Assembly (NCBI GenBank): GCA_015523545.1
Contig: WAKB01000001.1
Span: 194,159 to 258,158, forward strand
From: Candidatus Geothermarchaeota archaeon
Lineage (GTDB): Archaea > Thermoproteota > Nitrososphaeria > Geothermarchaeales > JDFR-13
Length of the DNA stretch: 64,000 bases
Direction: 5' to 3'
A program made the position numbers and the translations under genes. Below are positions 1-9,585 of the stretch, piece after piece; the first letter of the stretch is position 1, and the number at the start of each line of letters is the position of its first letter. The notes below the pieces were generated by a model. That model had not been told where the DNA came from, did no database searches, and saw only the letters and a list, made by a program, of their open reading frames with translations.

Positions 1-692
1 GGCTTAAACTCCATCACGAAGACGTGTTCAAACCCAGTTGCATAGCCCATGACGGCATACCCAGTCAACGCCGCTATAAAGGCGGGTATCAAGGCCTCAG
101 CCTCGAAGTCCCTCCTATAGATCACCTCGATAGCGAAGACGGAGGCCCCAAGGGGAGCCTTGAACATCGCCCCTATACCTGTGGCCATACCCACCAGGAC
201 AGCCGTCCTCTGGAGCCTGATGGGCGAGTTGAATAGCCTGCTAAGGATAGAAGCTATGCCACCCCCTATCTGAGCCATAGGCCCCTCCCTACCGGCACTC
301 CCGCCAAAGCCTATAGTCGCTATTGATGCCAGGAACTTGGCTAGGGGGGCCAACCCACTTATCTGGCCAGCCCTCCTATGGAATGCGGCCACCACAGCAT
401 CTGTACCATGCCCCTCAGCCTCGGGGGCTAGTGAATAGACTATCACCCCCGATAAGAGGCCTCCAAGACCCACGACCAGTGGGGCTAGGAACCACTGGCT
501 AGGCGGATGGCCAGCCTCCATACCCATGAGTGTAAATACCCAGTGCTCAACAGAGAGTAGTGTGAGGTAGAAACCCACGGATACCCCGCCAACCACCAGG
601 CCGATTAACAGTGATAGGAGTATCTGATCCCTAATCGTCCCCCTTACCCTGAAGGCCCTGACAGCCAGTCTATGTACAACGTGGAAGATCAT
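1..692 (-). CDS. ClC-family chloride channel/antiporter, N-terminal ~230 aa (3' end runs off window start)
   Basis: Absent from the ORF track because it is open to the window edge. My minus-strand translation from ATG 692-690 gives MIFHVVHRLAV...SLAPEAEGHGTDAVV...GFGGSAGREGPMAQIGGG...GIGAMFKAPLGASVFAIEVIY. These match ClC motifs (APEAxGxG, GREGP, FxAPLG). The ATG overlaps the upstream gene's TGA (ATGA at 689-692). Confidence 0.75.
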   Translation of the reverse strand, partial: MIFHVVHRLAVRAFRVRGTIRDQILLSLLIGLVVGGVSVGFYLTLLSVEHWVFTLMGMEAGHPPSQWFLAPLVVGLGGLLSGVIVYSLAPEAEGHGTDAVVAAFHRRAGQISGLAPLAKFLASIATIGFGGSAGREGPMAQIGGGIASILSRLFNSPIRLQRTAVLVGMATGIGAMFKAPLGASVFAIEVIYRRDFEAEALIPAFIAALTGYAVMGYATGFEHVFVMEFK

Positions 693-1624
693 TCATAGAC
701 ACCCACGTAGCCTATGTAGCCGTGGGGCCTAGCGACACCCATCCTCATAATCGAGATAACCATACCATCCCCAGGATATCGTACACGCTCCATAACATTC
801 CCCAGGAGATCCTTAACCACGGCGATGTCCTCATACGCCCTGAACTCCTCCCCAGCCTTCTTAAAAGGCTCCACCAGACCGGGATGCTCAGAGGAGAGGA
901 TACGCCTAATCATGGCCCTACCCGGCTGACTCACCTCATCTATCCTCCTAGGCTCCTCCTCCACGACGCCCAGGCCAGCCATGAGGTTAATCATGGCCCT
1001 TACAGATATGGATAGGAGTGACTCATCCATATACTCAGGGCCTGGAACCTCGTACGTAAATGCGGGGACACCCCTCCTAATCAGGTGTGGAGGGAGGCTA
1101 TCACCAATCATATCAGCACGTATCTCGTCCACGTCAAGCGAGTCTATAACGACTGGTAGGCCTGTAGACAGGCCGCGGCTATAAACCTCCCTATCCAGGT
1201 CACTCCCAAGCCTATCCACGATTATATGGGGGATACAGTTACCAGCAGCATGCATATCAACTACGAAGTCATAGCCCTTTGAAGCCACTTGGAAGACTGT
1301 CTTGGCTATGCTCCTACCAAGCCCAGCCTTCTCAAGCCCTGGGTACACCCTGTTGATATTGATGTTTGATAGGGGCTCATTCCTACTAGCCGTTAGGAGG
1401 CCTAGATAGTTAGGTCCAATCAGGAAGTCGGCTCCCCCACTAACCCCTGAGGAGGAGAGGTACTCCATCAGCCTCCACATCACATATATCGTGGATACCT
1501 CACCCCCATGGACAGGCCCGGTGAACAGTATCCTAGGAGACCCATCCCCAATCCTAACAAGCGGTATCCTGACATCCTCTCCATTTAGGAGTTTGAAGAG
1601 GGGTATCCAGGAGACCTCCACCAT
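689..1624 (-). CDS. Succinylglutamate desuccinylase/aspartoacylase (AstE/AspA, M14-like Zn hydrolase) family protein
   Basis: 311 aa. FTGPVHGGEVS (HxxE Zn motif), NRVYPG and DMHAAG are typical of the AstE_AspA fold. Confidence 0.6.
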   Translation of the reverse strand: MVEVSWIPLFKLLNGEDVRIPLVRIGDGSPRILFTGPVHGGEVSTIYVMWRLMEYLSSSGVSGGADFLIGPNYLGLLTASRNEPLSNININRVYPGLEKAGLGRSIAKTVFQVASKGYDFVVDMHAAGNCIPHIIVDRLGSDLDREVYSRGLSTGLPVVIDSLDVDEIRADMIGDSLPPHLIRRGVPAFTYEVPGPEYMDESLLSISVRAMINLMAGLGVVEEEPRRIDEVSQPGRAMIRRILSSEHPGLVEPFKKAGEEFRAYEDIAVVKDLLGNVMERVRYPGDGMVISIMRMGVARPHGYIGYVGVYE

Positions 1625-1697
1625 CTAAAGACACACCCAAAATGCTTATTGGAGACCCACCACCCTATAAACACGGCGGGGGAGAAACATTTTTAGT

Positions 1698-2498
1698 ATG
1701 ATGAGGGCGACGAAGTATCTCCCCATGCTTGACAACGAGAGGACTAGAGACATAATCATCAGGGAGCTGAGGAGCTTCTTCGACGAGGCCGGACTGGACA
1801 GGGCGGTGCTGGGTCTCAGCGGGGGAGTTGATAGTAGCACTACCCTCATGCTGGTCAAGGAGGCAATAGGCCCTGAGAACACCTATGTATACCTACTACC
1901 CAGCAGGACAACCTCCCAGGAGAGCATAGCAAACGCGTTGAGAATGGTTAAGGTGGCGGGCATACCAGAGGATAACTACAGGATAATCAATATTGAGCCG
2001 ATACTCAAGACCTTCACATCGGCACTAGGCATAACAGATAGGGTGGTGAGAGGCAATACAGCCGCCAGGACCAGGATGACGATTCTATACGCAGAGGCAA
2101 AGAGGCTGGGCGCCGCAGTCATAGGCACAGGAGATAGGAGCGAGTGGCTAATAGGATACTTCACAAAGTATGGCGACGGAGCTGCGGACATCTTCCCAAT
2201 AATGGATATCTATAAGACACAGCTCAGGAGGTTCGCGGAGTACCTAGGAGTACCCCCAGAGATAGCATATAGGCCTAGCACACCCGAGCTATGGGAGGGC
2301 CAGACCGCCGAGGGGGAGCTAGGCCTGAGCTACGAGACGATCGACGACATCCTATACCTAATCTTCGACGAGGGTCTGAGTAGGGAAGAGGTGGTGGAGA
2401 AGGGCTTCAACGAGAGGGATGTAGACCTAGTGCTAGAGCTACATAGGAGGTCGGAACACAAGAGGAGGATGCCAAAAATAATTAGTGTGAGGGGCTAG
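1698..2498 (+). CDS. nadE: NH3-dependent NAD+ synthetase
   Basis: 266 aa. PP-loop GLSGGVDSS, GTGDRSEWLIGYFTKYGDG and length all fit NadE. A TATA-like CCCTATAAAC lies about 30 nt upstream. Confidence 0.85.
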   Translation: MMRATKYLPMLDNERTRDIIIRELRSFFDEAGLDRAVLGLSGGVDSSTTLMLVKEAIGPENTYVYLLPSRTTSQESIANALRMVKVAGIPEDNYRIINIEPILKTFTSALGITDRVVRGNTAARTRMTILYAEAKRLGAAVIGTGDRSEWLIGYFTKYGDGAADIFPIMDIYKTQLRRFAEYLGVPPEIAYRPSTPELWEGQTAEGELGLSYETIDDILYLIFDEGLSREEVVEKGFNERDVDLVLELHRRSEHKRRMPKIISVRG

Positions 2499-3601
2499 GC
2501 CCCCTTCCCAGATGGCTGGGCGTACTCCTTAACCTCCTTTATCCACTTAACGTTATACTCAGGGTTCTCCAGCGTCCTGTTAATAGTTATCTCCGCTATC
2601 GAGTCCACACTATCGGCGATCATCTGTATATAGCTGATCATGAGCCTGAAGGAGCTGAGCAGATCCACATCATCCCTGATCGTGTTTATGAACCAGCGGT
2701 CGACATCCTTCACATCCTCCCTGAACATCCCTATCTTATTCAGGATCTCATTGGCCCTAACAATATTCAGCTCTATCAAGGCCTGCATAGAGTCGCCAAC
2801 CATCATGTTGATATAGTCCAGGAGGTATAGGATCTTATTCACAGCCTCGGGATACTTATGGAGATCCTGGAAGTCCAGCTTCCTCACAACCATGCTGAAG
2901 TCATGGATCCTATCAGCAATCTCCTCAAGACTCTTCACGATCGCCCTGTTACCCACGATGTGGTATGGATGCTCAACACCCACCTCCTTAGCCAGCCTCC
3001 AACTCTTCTGGCTCAGGAGGAGCTGCCTAACAGTGAGCCAGTACACCCTGTCAGCCTCATCCTCCATCTTATCAACCTGCTCAATTACCGAGGGGTCGCC
3101 CTCCTTTATGTATACCTCGATGGCCTCAAGCATAGAGAAGATGAGTGTATAGATCCTCCTGATCAGGCCGTTAAGCTTAAACTTAGTAGAGTCTATGAGG
3201 CACTGGACAGTGATCTTGTTCAGGCTCTGGTCCACAATCTGTACACCGCTAAGCCTATTAATTGCGCTCTGAATCTCATCAATAACCCAGTTGGGCAGCC
3301 TCTGCCCATTGATATAGAACGTTATATTGTCATGGCCCACTAGGTAGCTCCCAATCAGGATCCTCTTCACAAGACCCTTAGAAGTGATCTTAGAGACATC
3401 TACCTGGTAGCTCTCCCCAATACCCGTATCCCCAACATCGTTATACGGAATTATCCTGAGAGACCCGTCATCCTCGATCCTGATGATGACGTTGTCCCCC
3501 TTCTTAATCCCCTTATCCCTAACCCATGACCTTGGGAGCGAGACCACGATCGTGCTGTAGCCCAGCTTCTGGACCTTCCTAATCTCCATGTGCCCGCTCA
3601 T
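2495..3601 (-). CDS. AbrB/SpoVT-domain + PhoU-domain regulator (phosphate uptake regulator-like)
   Basis: 368 aa. N-terminal VQKLGYSTIVVSLPRSWVRDKGIKKGDNVII (AbrB swapped hairpin), followed by a helical two-repeat PhoU-like region. Confidence 0.65.
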   Translation of the reverse strand: MSGHMEIRKVQKLGYSTIVVSLPRSWVRDKGIKKGDNVIIRIEDDGSLRIIPYNDVGDTGIGESYQVDVSKITSKGLVKRILIGSYLVGHDNITFYINGQRLPNWVIDEIQSAINRLSGVQIVDQSLNKITVQCLIDSTKFKLNGLIRRIYTLIFSMLEAIEVYIKEGDPSVIEQVDKMEDEADRVYWLTVRQLLLSQKSWRLAKEVGVEHPYHIVGNRAIVKSLEEIADRIHDFSMVVRKLDFQDLHKYPEAVNKILYLLDYINMMVGDSMQALIELNIVRANEILNKIGMFREDVKDVDRWFINTIRDDVDLLSSFRLMISYIQMIADSVDSIAEITINRTLENPEYNVKWIKEVKEYAQPSGKGA

Positions 3602-3813
3602 TTCATATACCTAATCTACCCGTGTATATATAAAATTTACACCCCACATCGAAGTATTAAGGGGCTCCCCCCGAGTTTATACGATTAAGTGGATAGGCCA
3701 ACAACATATACTGGGATGAGGAGATTGGGGGGAGGGTTTCTATAAAGATTATATACGGATACCCCCCTATAGTATTTAAACTTGGAGCCGGAACGCATAT
3801 GGGTGAATAGGAG

Positions 3814-5355
3814 ATGGATAAGTATCTCATACTCCCCGACCTTGTGAAGAGGGGATACCTATATAAGGCCCTCGAGAAGGGGGATCTAAAAGGCGAGCTA
3901 CTCATCCCCTGGAGGGCCATGAACAAGCTGATATCCGAGGAGCAGAACGAGTTCTACAGGGAGAAGAATATTCGTGAGCTGGAGAGGGTTAAGAAGCTTG
4001 CCGACGAGGGGAGGATAAAGATTAGATATATAGACGACGAGGTGGGTAACGACCTAGAGGCTATACACAACGTCAGCGATAAGTACGAGGCGGTTGTCGC
4101 CACATCTGACGAGATCATCTATAGGGGGCTAAGAGTGATAAACACTCCAGCTGTATTGATAAGCTACGACACCCTAGAGACACCAAGTATAGAGAAGTTC
4201 TTCGACGAGCACACGATGTCTATACACCTCAAAGAGGGTGTGGAGCCACATGCTAAGAAGGGATACCCCGGTGAATGGAGGTTCGAGAAGATAGGTGAAA
4301 AACCCCTCACCAGGGAGGAGATAATCGACCTGATCGACGAGATAATGGACTTTGTCGAGGAGGATGAGGAGAGCTTCATAGAGAGCGACTCAAGGGGAGT
4401 TACAATAATACAGATGCGTAACTACAGGATAGTGATCGCCAGGCCGCCATTCAGCGACGGCTATGAACTCACGGCTGTTAGGCCGGTCAAGAGCCTGAAG
4501 CTAGAGGACTACAACCTCCCCAGAGAGCTTATCAAGAGGCTTACTGAGAGGGCAGAGGGAATACTCATATCGGGCGCACCGGGCGAGGGTAAGACGACCT
4601 TCTGCCAGGCATTGGCAGAGTACTACATCAGCATGGGCAAGGTAGTAAAGACGATTGAGAGCCCTAGAGACTTGAACCTACCTCCCAACGCCAGCCAGTA
4701 CAGCAAGTCCTACGGCGATGAGCAGACGATACACGATATACTTCTTCTCTCCAGACCCGACTACACAATATTCGACGAGATGAGGAATACCGAGGACTTC
4801 AAACTATACATAGACCTCAGGCTGGCGGGTGTAGGAATGGTTGGGGTGGTACACGCGACAAAGCCTATAGACGCGGTCCAGAGATTCGTAGACAGGCTGG
4901 AGCTCGGCATGATACCCAGCGTCATAGACACCGTGATCTACATTAAGGGTGGGAAGGTAGCGAAGGTATACGAGATCTCCATGGCGGCCAAGGTCCCACA
5001 CGGCCTATCAGGCGAGGAGCTAGCCAGGCCAGTAGTCGAGGTCAGGGACTTCTTCACCAAGAAGATCGAGTATGAGTTCTACATATTCGGCAAACGGGTC
5101 TTCGTAATCCCGGTTGGTAAGGAGCACCTATACACGGAGGAGGGTGGCTACACCATCGAGGACGAGATAAAGCGTGACCTAGGAGACCTAGGCGAAGACA
5201 TCGAGGTCAAGGTCCTGAACAACAGGGAGGTAGTGATCTACGTACCACCATGGAACTACAGGGGTATAAAGCGTGCACTTAGGAGGAAGAGCAAGCTGAT
5301 AAAGAAGAAGTATGGGTTGAAGGTGAGTATAGAGCCGGTTATAGGCTACGAGTAG
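3814..5355 (+). CDS. PIN-domain / PilT-family P-loop ATPase with C-terminal KH-like region
   Basis: 513 aa. N-terminal PIN-like segment, Walker A ILISGAPGEGKTTF, Walker B-like DYTIFDEMR. This is the conserved archaeal PilT-family ATPase architecture. Confidence 0.6.
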   Translation: MDKYLILPDLVKRGYLYKALEKGDLKGELLIPWRAMNKLISEEQNEFYREKNIRELERVKKLADEGRIKIRYIDDEVGNDLEAIHNVSDKYEAVVATSDEIIYRGLRVINTPAVLISYDTLETPSIEKFFDEHTMSIHLKEGVEPHAKKGYPGEWRFEKIGEKPLTREEIIDLIDEIMDFVEEDEESFIESDSRGVTIIQMRNYRIVIARPPFSDGYELTAVRPVKSLKLEDYNLPRELIKRLTERAEGILISGAPGEGKTTFCQALAEYYISMGKVVKTIESPRDLNLPPNASQYSKSYGDEQTIHDILLLSRPDYTIFDEMRNTEDFKLYIDLRLAGVGMVGVVHATKPIDAVQRFVDRLELGMIPSVIDTVIYIKGGKVAKVYEISMAAKVPHGLSGEELARPVVEVRDFFTKKIEYEFYIFGKRVFVIPVGKEHLYTEEGGYTIEDEIKRDLGDLGEDIEVKVLNNREVVIYVPPWNYRGIKRALRRKSKLIKKKYGLKVSIEPVIGYE

Positions 5356-5364
5356 AGCTAGACA

Positions 5365-6237
5365 CTACTTATACTTGTTAAGGATCTCCCTAACGTCCCT
5401 AGCCTCCCTAGGCCTCAGTGCAGGTGGGTCATTCACCAGGTCGAACTCGACCTCCAAAGCCTTCTGCGAAGTATCCCTATAGAAGATCCCTATGGGGAAC
5501 TTGTCACCATCCACATAGGCCATCTTGTAAGCCATAGTGATGTCGCTGGGGTCATAGTTCGGATCCTTCTGCAAGTCATACTCCCTCTTCTTATAGTAGG
5601 TTATGAAGGGCTCGCCGAAGATGACGGGGTTATACGTGATACAGTACTGGATAATGTCTACAAAGGCGAAGCCATAGCCCTCCTGGACATGCTTGATAGC
5701 CTCCTTAATCACATACTCCATGTGGTTCGGGTTGCCAGTCCATGTCCTCGCCACGAAGGTAGCGCCAGCTGATAATGCCACCGGGATCGGCTGGAAAGGC
5801 CTGTAGATATTACCCCTGAAGCCCTTCGGAGCCGTTGGGGAAGGCTGCCCAGTAGTGAGGCCGAAGACACCGTTGTTCTGGGCCAAGTGTACAATCCCAA
5901 TGTTAGACCTAGGCACGTTGGCGAAGTGGCCAGCGCCTATCCCGAAGGTGTCGCCATCACCACCTATACTTATGACCGTGAGGTCCGGCCTAGCTATCTT
6001 GAGACCCATAGCTATAGGCAGGGCCCTACCGTGTATCGTGTGGAAGCCGTTAACCCTGATATAGTGTGGAAGCTTACTCCCACACCCTATACCACTGACT
6101 ATCACGACCTCATGGGGCGGGAGACCCATACTGGCGAAGACCTTCTTCAACACGTTCAGTATCGTGAAGTCTCCACAGCCTGGGCACCAGGTAGGCTTCT
6201 TATAGTCATAGTCCCGGATGGTATACTTAGTGCTCAT
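5365..6237 (-). CDS. 2-oxoacid:ferredoxin oxidoreductase, beta (TPP-binding) subunit
   Basis: 290 aa. WCPGCGDF, GIGCGS and GGDGDTFGIG (TPP motif). A 4-nt overlap links it to the alpha subunit gene. Confidence 0.85.
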   Translation of the reverse strand: MSTKYTIRDYDYKKPTWCPGCGDFTILNVLKKVFASMGLPPHEVVIVSGIGCGSKLPHYIRVNGFHTIHGRALPIAMGLKIARPDLTVISIGGDGDTFGIGAGHFANVPRSNIGIVHLAQNNGVFGLTTGQPSPTAPKGFRGNIYRPFQPIPVALSAGATFVARTWTGNPNHMEYVIKEAIKHVQEGYGFAFVDIIQYCITYNPVIFGEPFITYYKKREYDLQKDPNYDPSDITMAYKMAYVDGDKFPIGIFYRDTSQKALEVEFDLVNDPPALRPREARDVREILNKYK

Positions 6238-8114
6238 CCTACCACCCTCACCTCCTTCAAGAGAGATATAAACCTGTCATATAGATACTCAAGGCTGAAG
6301 GGCCTACCATCATACTTCCTGATACTATAATCCATCTCGATCAGGGCGTTCTCCCTTATCAAGCCCTCCATAAGCCCGTCGAAGTTGTTCTCAACAATTA
6401 TCTTCAGCTTGGCATCCCCCAAGGCACTCTTCACAGCCTCTGTGGGGAAGGGATAGGCAAACCTTATCTGTACGAACTTCGCGTTTATACCGTCCTCAGA
6501 CAGTAGCTCGAGCAGGTCGAGGATCACGCCCTTCGTGCTTCCCCAGCCTACTATAGCTATCTCTGCATCTGGCTCTCCATACACCTTGACCGGCATATAG
6601 TAGTTGAACCTCTCCTCCAACTCCCTCTTAAACGTCTCGATCTTCCTATACCTCTTATCCATCTGGACAACCCTCTCATCAGCCCTCTCAGTAATGTCTC
6701 CATACTCGTTATGCTCATTACCAGTCGACCAGATGACCAGGTCCTCGGTACCCAGATCCATGAGCGGGCTTATACCATCCTCGGTGACCTTGAACCTCTT
6801 ATAGTTATCACCGGCCTCCCTAATACTCTTCAACTCCTCCTCCGAGAGCCACTTACCATCCTCATAGACATACATATCCTGGTCTGGGTATGGGAAGGTG
6901 TAGAAGCTCTCAGCAATATGCTTGTCATAGTTGACTATCACGGGCATCTGATACTTCCAGGCAATGTTGAAGGCATTGGCCACGTCGAAGAATACCTCAT
7001 ACGGATCACCCGGCAATATAACCGCCTTTGGATAGTATCCCTGACTAGCATGGAGCACCTGCCTCAGATCACCCTGCTCCTGCCTAGTCGGTAGTCCCGT
7101 ACTAGGCCCCGGCCTACTAGCAACTATCACTACGATAGGCACCTCGGCGATCCCCGCAAGGCCGAGGGCCTCAGTCATAAGTGCGAATCCACCGCCTGAC
7201 GTGGCTACACCGGCCCTGGCACCGGCGAAGGCGGCGCCAATAGCTATGTTGATGACGGCCAGCTCGCTCTCGGGCTGGACGAGGAATATCCCATACTTAT
7301 CCTTCACCTCCTCGAGGTAGCGGTATATCCTGCTGGCAGGGGTCATAGGATACTGGGCCCAGACCCTAAGCCCAGCCCTAACCGCACCTGCAGCGGCCAT
7401 ATGGTTACCAGTGGCTATCAAAACCTCATCCTTCGTGGATGGGGGATCGAGGATTATCCTACGCCCATCACGGAAGTTCTCCATTGCATATTTGTATCCA
7501 AGGTCGTGAAGCTTAACGTTAGCCTCGGCCACCGCCTCTTTCTTGGCGAACCTCTCCCTAATGACTGACTCCACAACCTCCTTATCTAGGCCAAGGACAT
7601 AGGTAGACACGCCGAAGCCCACCATATTCCTTACCACGAGGTTAACCTTACCCCCAGCGGCGGCCTCCCTAACGATCCTCGTCATGGGGACGTCATAGAC
7701 ATATACTCCCCGGGACTCCAGCTCATCAAACACCTCGTCCTCAACCCTACTAGACTCCCTGTCAAATATGACTACACTCCCCTCGTGAAGCTCATGTATA
7801 TGGCCATCACTATGCTCACCACCATCCCCGACTAGGCTTGGGTCGTCGAGGGCTAGGAGGACATCCACATAGTCGACGTGGCTATTCAGGGGCCTAGTGT
7901 CATACCTCACCCTATAATAGCTATGCCCACCCCTGATCAGGCTCTCATACTCGATATTCGCGAAGACGTAGAACCCCTCCCTAACCAGAACCTTGGAGAG
8001 AAGCTCCGCGACCGTGTTGATACCGAGGCCCGCCGCACCACCAATCATCCAGCTGATGCCTCTAAACCGTCTCATCCCCACCATCCCGTCATAACATTTG
8101 TGACCCTGTTTCAA
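6234..8114 (-). CDS. 2-oxoacid:ferredoxin oxidoreductase, alpha (fused gamma/alpha) subunit
   Basis: 626 aa ORF. ISWMIGGAAGLGINT (gamma-like N-terminus) and YPMTPAS (alpha). The track start at 8114 is TTG; ATG at 8084 or 8075 (MRRFRGISW) is the more likely start. Confidence 0.85.
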   Translation of the reverse strand: MKQGHKCYDGMVGMRRFRGISWMIGGAAGLGINTVAELLSKVLVREGFYVFANIEYESLIRGGHSYYRVRYDTRPLNSHVDYVDVLLALDDPSLVGDGGEHSDGHIHELHEGSVVIFDRESSRVEDEVFDELESRGVYVYDVPMTRIVREAAAGGKVNLVVRNMVGFGVSTYVLGLDKEVVESVIRERFAKKEAVAEANVKLHDLGYKYAMENFRDGRRIILDPPSTKDEVLIATGNHMAAAGAVRAGLRVWAQYPMTPASRIYRYLEEVKDKYGIFLVQPESELAVINIAIGAAFAGARAGVATSGGGFALMTEALGLAGIAEVPIVVIVASRPGPSTGLPTRQEQGDLRQVLHASQGYYPKAVILPGDPYEVFFDVANAFNIAWKYQMPVIVNYDKHIAESFYTFPYPDQDMYVYEDGKWLSEEELKSIREAGDNYKRFKVTEDGISPLMDLGTEDLVIWSTGNEHNEYGDITERADERVVQMDKRYRKIETFKRELEERFNYYMPVKVYGEPDAEIAIVGWGSTKGVILDLLELLSEDGINAKFVQIRFAYPFPTEAVKSALGDAKLKIIVENNFDGLMEGLIRENALIEMDYSIRKYDGRPFSLEYLYDRFISLLKEVRVVG

Positions 8115-8149
8115 TGATAAACACTACGTTAAAAACCCATATAGCAATA

Positions 8150-8176
8150 TATATACCCCTGGAGAGTATATACCCC
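8150..8176 (-). promoter_or_regulatory. Tandem GGGGTATATA boxes upstream of the OFOR operon
   Basis: The minus strand reads GGGGGTATATACTCTCCAGGGGTATATATATTG. The two GGGGTATATA copies (8167-8176 and 8150-8159) are offset by 17 nt and lie 65-90 nt upstream of the likely ATG. Confidence 0.3.
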
Positions 8177-8183
8177 CGGCTTA

Positions 8184-9518
8184 TCACCTAGAAACCTCTC
8201 TAAACACCTCCTCCATAATGTCGAGAGCCTCCTCCGCCGCGTCCATGGTGATGTTGAGAGGGGGAGCTATCCTAAGAGTCGACACACCGGCCCCAATCAG
8301 TAGGAGGCCCCGTCTAAACGACTCCTCCATAACCCGCTCCATAAGCTTGGGAGCCGGCTCCTTAGACTCCCTATCCCTGACCAGCTCGACACCGATCATC
8401 AAGCCCCTCCCACGTACATCACCTATGAAGCTATAGGTATCCATCATCTCGAGGAGCCTCTTCTTGATATACTCACCGACCTTGGCGGCATTCTCAATAT
8501 ATTTCCCGAGTAGGAGCCGTAGTGTAGCCTTTGCAGCGGCCAGGGCTACTGGGTTGCCTCCAAAAGTGTTTGCATGGCTACCCGGAGGGAGATTCATAAC
8601 CTCCTCCCTACCTATTAGGACGCCTAGTGGAAGGCCGCTAGCGATACCCTTGGCACTAGCCACGAGGTCTGGCTCCACCCCGTGATGCATATATGTGAAG
8701 AGTTTACCAGTCCTACCAAACCCGCTCTGAACCTCGTCGAGCATGAGAAGAGCTCCATACCGCTCCATAAGCCTCTTAAGCCCCCTTAGGAAGTCTGGGG
8801 GAGCCTCTACATACCCACCCTCACCTGAGATCGGCTCTATAACCGCTGCTGCCAACTCCTCACCAGGGAGATACTTGTTCAAGACCCAGTCCTCGATATA
8901 GTCTAGGCATGCCAGTCCACAGGAGGGATACTCCTGCTTGAAGGGGCATCGGTAACAGTAGGGATAAGGCACGTGTACAGCCCCTGGCACCATTGGGTAG
9001 AAGAACCTCCTCTGGACAGGCTTACTAGCTGTTAGGGAGAGGCTACCCAACGTCCTGCCGTGGAACCCGCCTATAAAGGCTAGGAAGTAGTGTCTAGCCC
9101 CCCTGTGGAAGCCCTTAGCCACTTTCATGCCCGCCTCAATGCTCTCAGTACCACTATTCGTGTAGAAGACCTTGCCCCTGATACCTATAGCCTTAAGGAG
9201 CGCCTCGGCATACTCCACAGCCAGCTCATAGTAGAAGTCCGTCAGGCTATAGTGTAGAAACCTATCCAGCTGAGCCTTGATAGCCTCAACAACCTCGGGA
9301 TGCCTATGCCCAGTCGAGAGAACCGCTAAACCGGCGTTGAAGTCTATATACCTATTCCCATCAACATCCTCTACTATGAAGCCCTCCCCCCTCCTAATCA
9401 CGAGGGGGAACCACCTCACATAGGATTGCATAAGGACTTTAGAGTCACGCTCAATCACCTCCCTAGCTCGTGGACCGGGAGGAGGAACCTTTACCTCGGC
9501 ATATCGTCTCCGCCTCAT
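8184..9518 (-). CDS. Class-III PLP aminotransferase (GabT/ornithine-type)
   Basis: 444 aa. TNSGTESIE, DEVQSGFGRTGK, ASAKGIASGLPLG (PLP lysine). Confidence 0.8.
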   Translation of the reverse strand: MRRRRYAEVKVPPPGPRAREVIERDSKVLMQSYVRWFPLVIRRGEGFIVEDVDGNRYIDFNAGLAVLSTGHRHPEVVEAIKAQLDRFLHYSLTDFYYELAVEYAEALLKAIGIRGKVFYTNSGTESIEAGMKVAKGFHRGARHYFLAFIGGFHGRTLGSLSLTASKPVQRRFFYPMVPGAVHVPYPYCYRCPFKQEYPSCGLACLDYIEDWVLNKYLPGEELAAAVIEPISGEGGYVEAPPDFLRGLKRLMERYGALLMLDEVQSGFGRTGKLFTYMHHGVEPDLVASAKGIASGLPLGVLIGREEVMNLPPGSHANTFGGNPVALAAAKATLRLLLGKYIENAAKVGEYIKKRLLEMMDTYSFIGDVRGRGLMIGVELVRDRESKEPAPKLMERVMEESFRRGLLLIGAGVSTLRIAPPLNITMDAAEEALDIMEEVFREVSR

Positions 9519-9541
9519 GGGATATAATTAATGAGAACACC

Positions 9542-9555
9542 CGTGTTATAACACG
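9542..9555. promoter_or_regulatory. Perfect 14-bp palindrome CGTGTTATAACACG in a divergent promoter region
   Basis: Read directly. It is self-complementary, centred on a TATA-like TTATAA, and lies between the aminotransferase start (9518, minus) and the PGI/PMI start (9586, plus). Confidence 0.3.
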
Positions 9556-9585
9556 CCGGACAATACTCAATATTTAGGCCTCGGG

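Noticed and set aside
24-236. 70-aa plus-strand ORF at the window start.
   Set aside because: It lies inside the minus-strand ClC channel gene, whose translation carries unmistakable ClC motifs.
2495-5355. AbrB-domain gene divergent from a PIN-domain gene, considered as a VapBC-like toxin-antitoxin pair.
   Set aside because: Both domains are parts of much larger, widely conserved archaeal proteins (AbrB-PhoU regulator; PIN-PilT ATPase-KH). The genes are divergent rather than co-transcribed, unlike TA modules.
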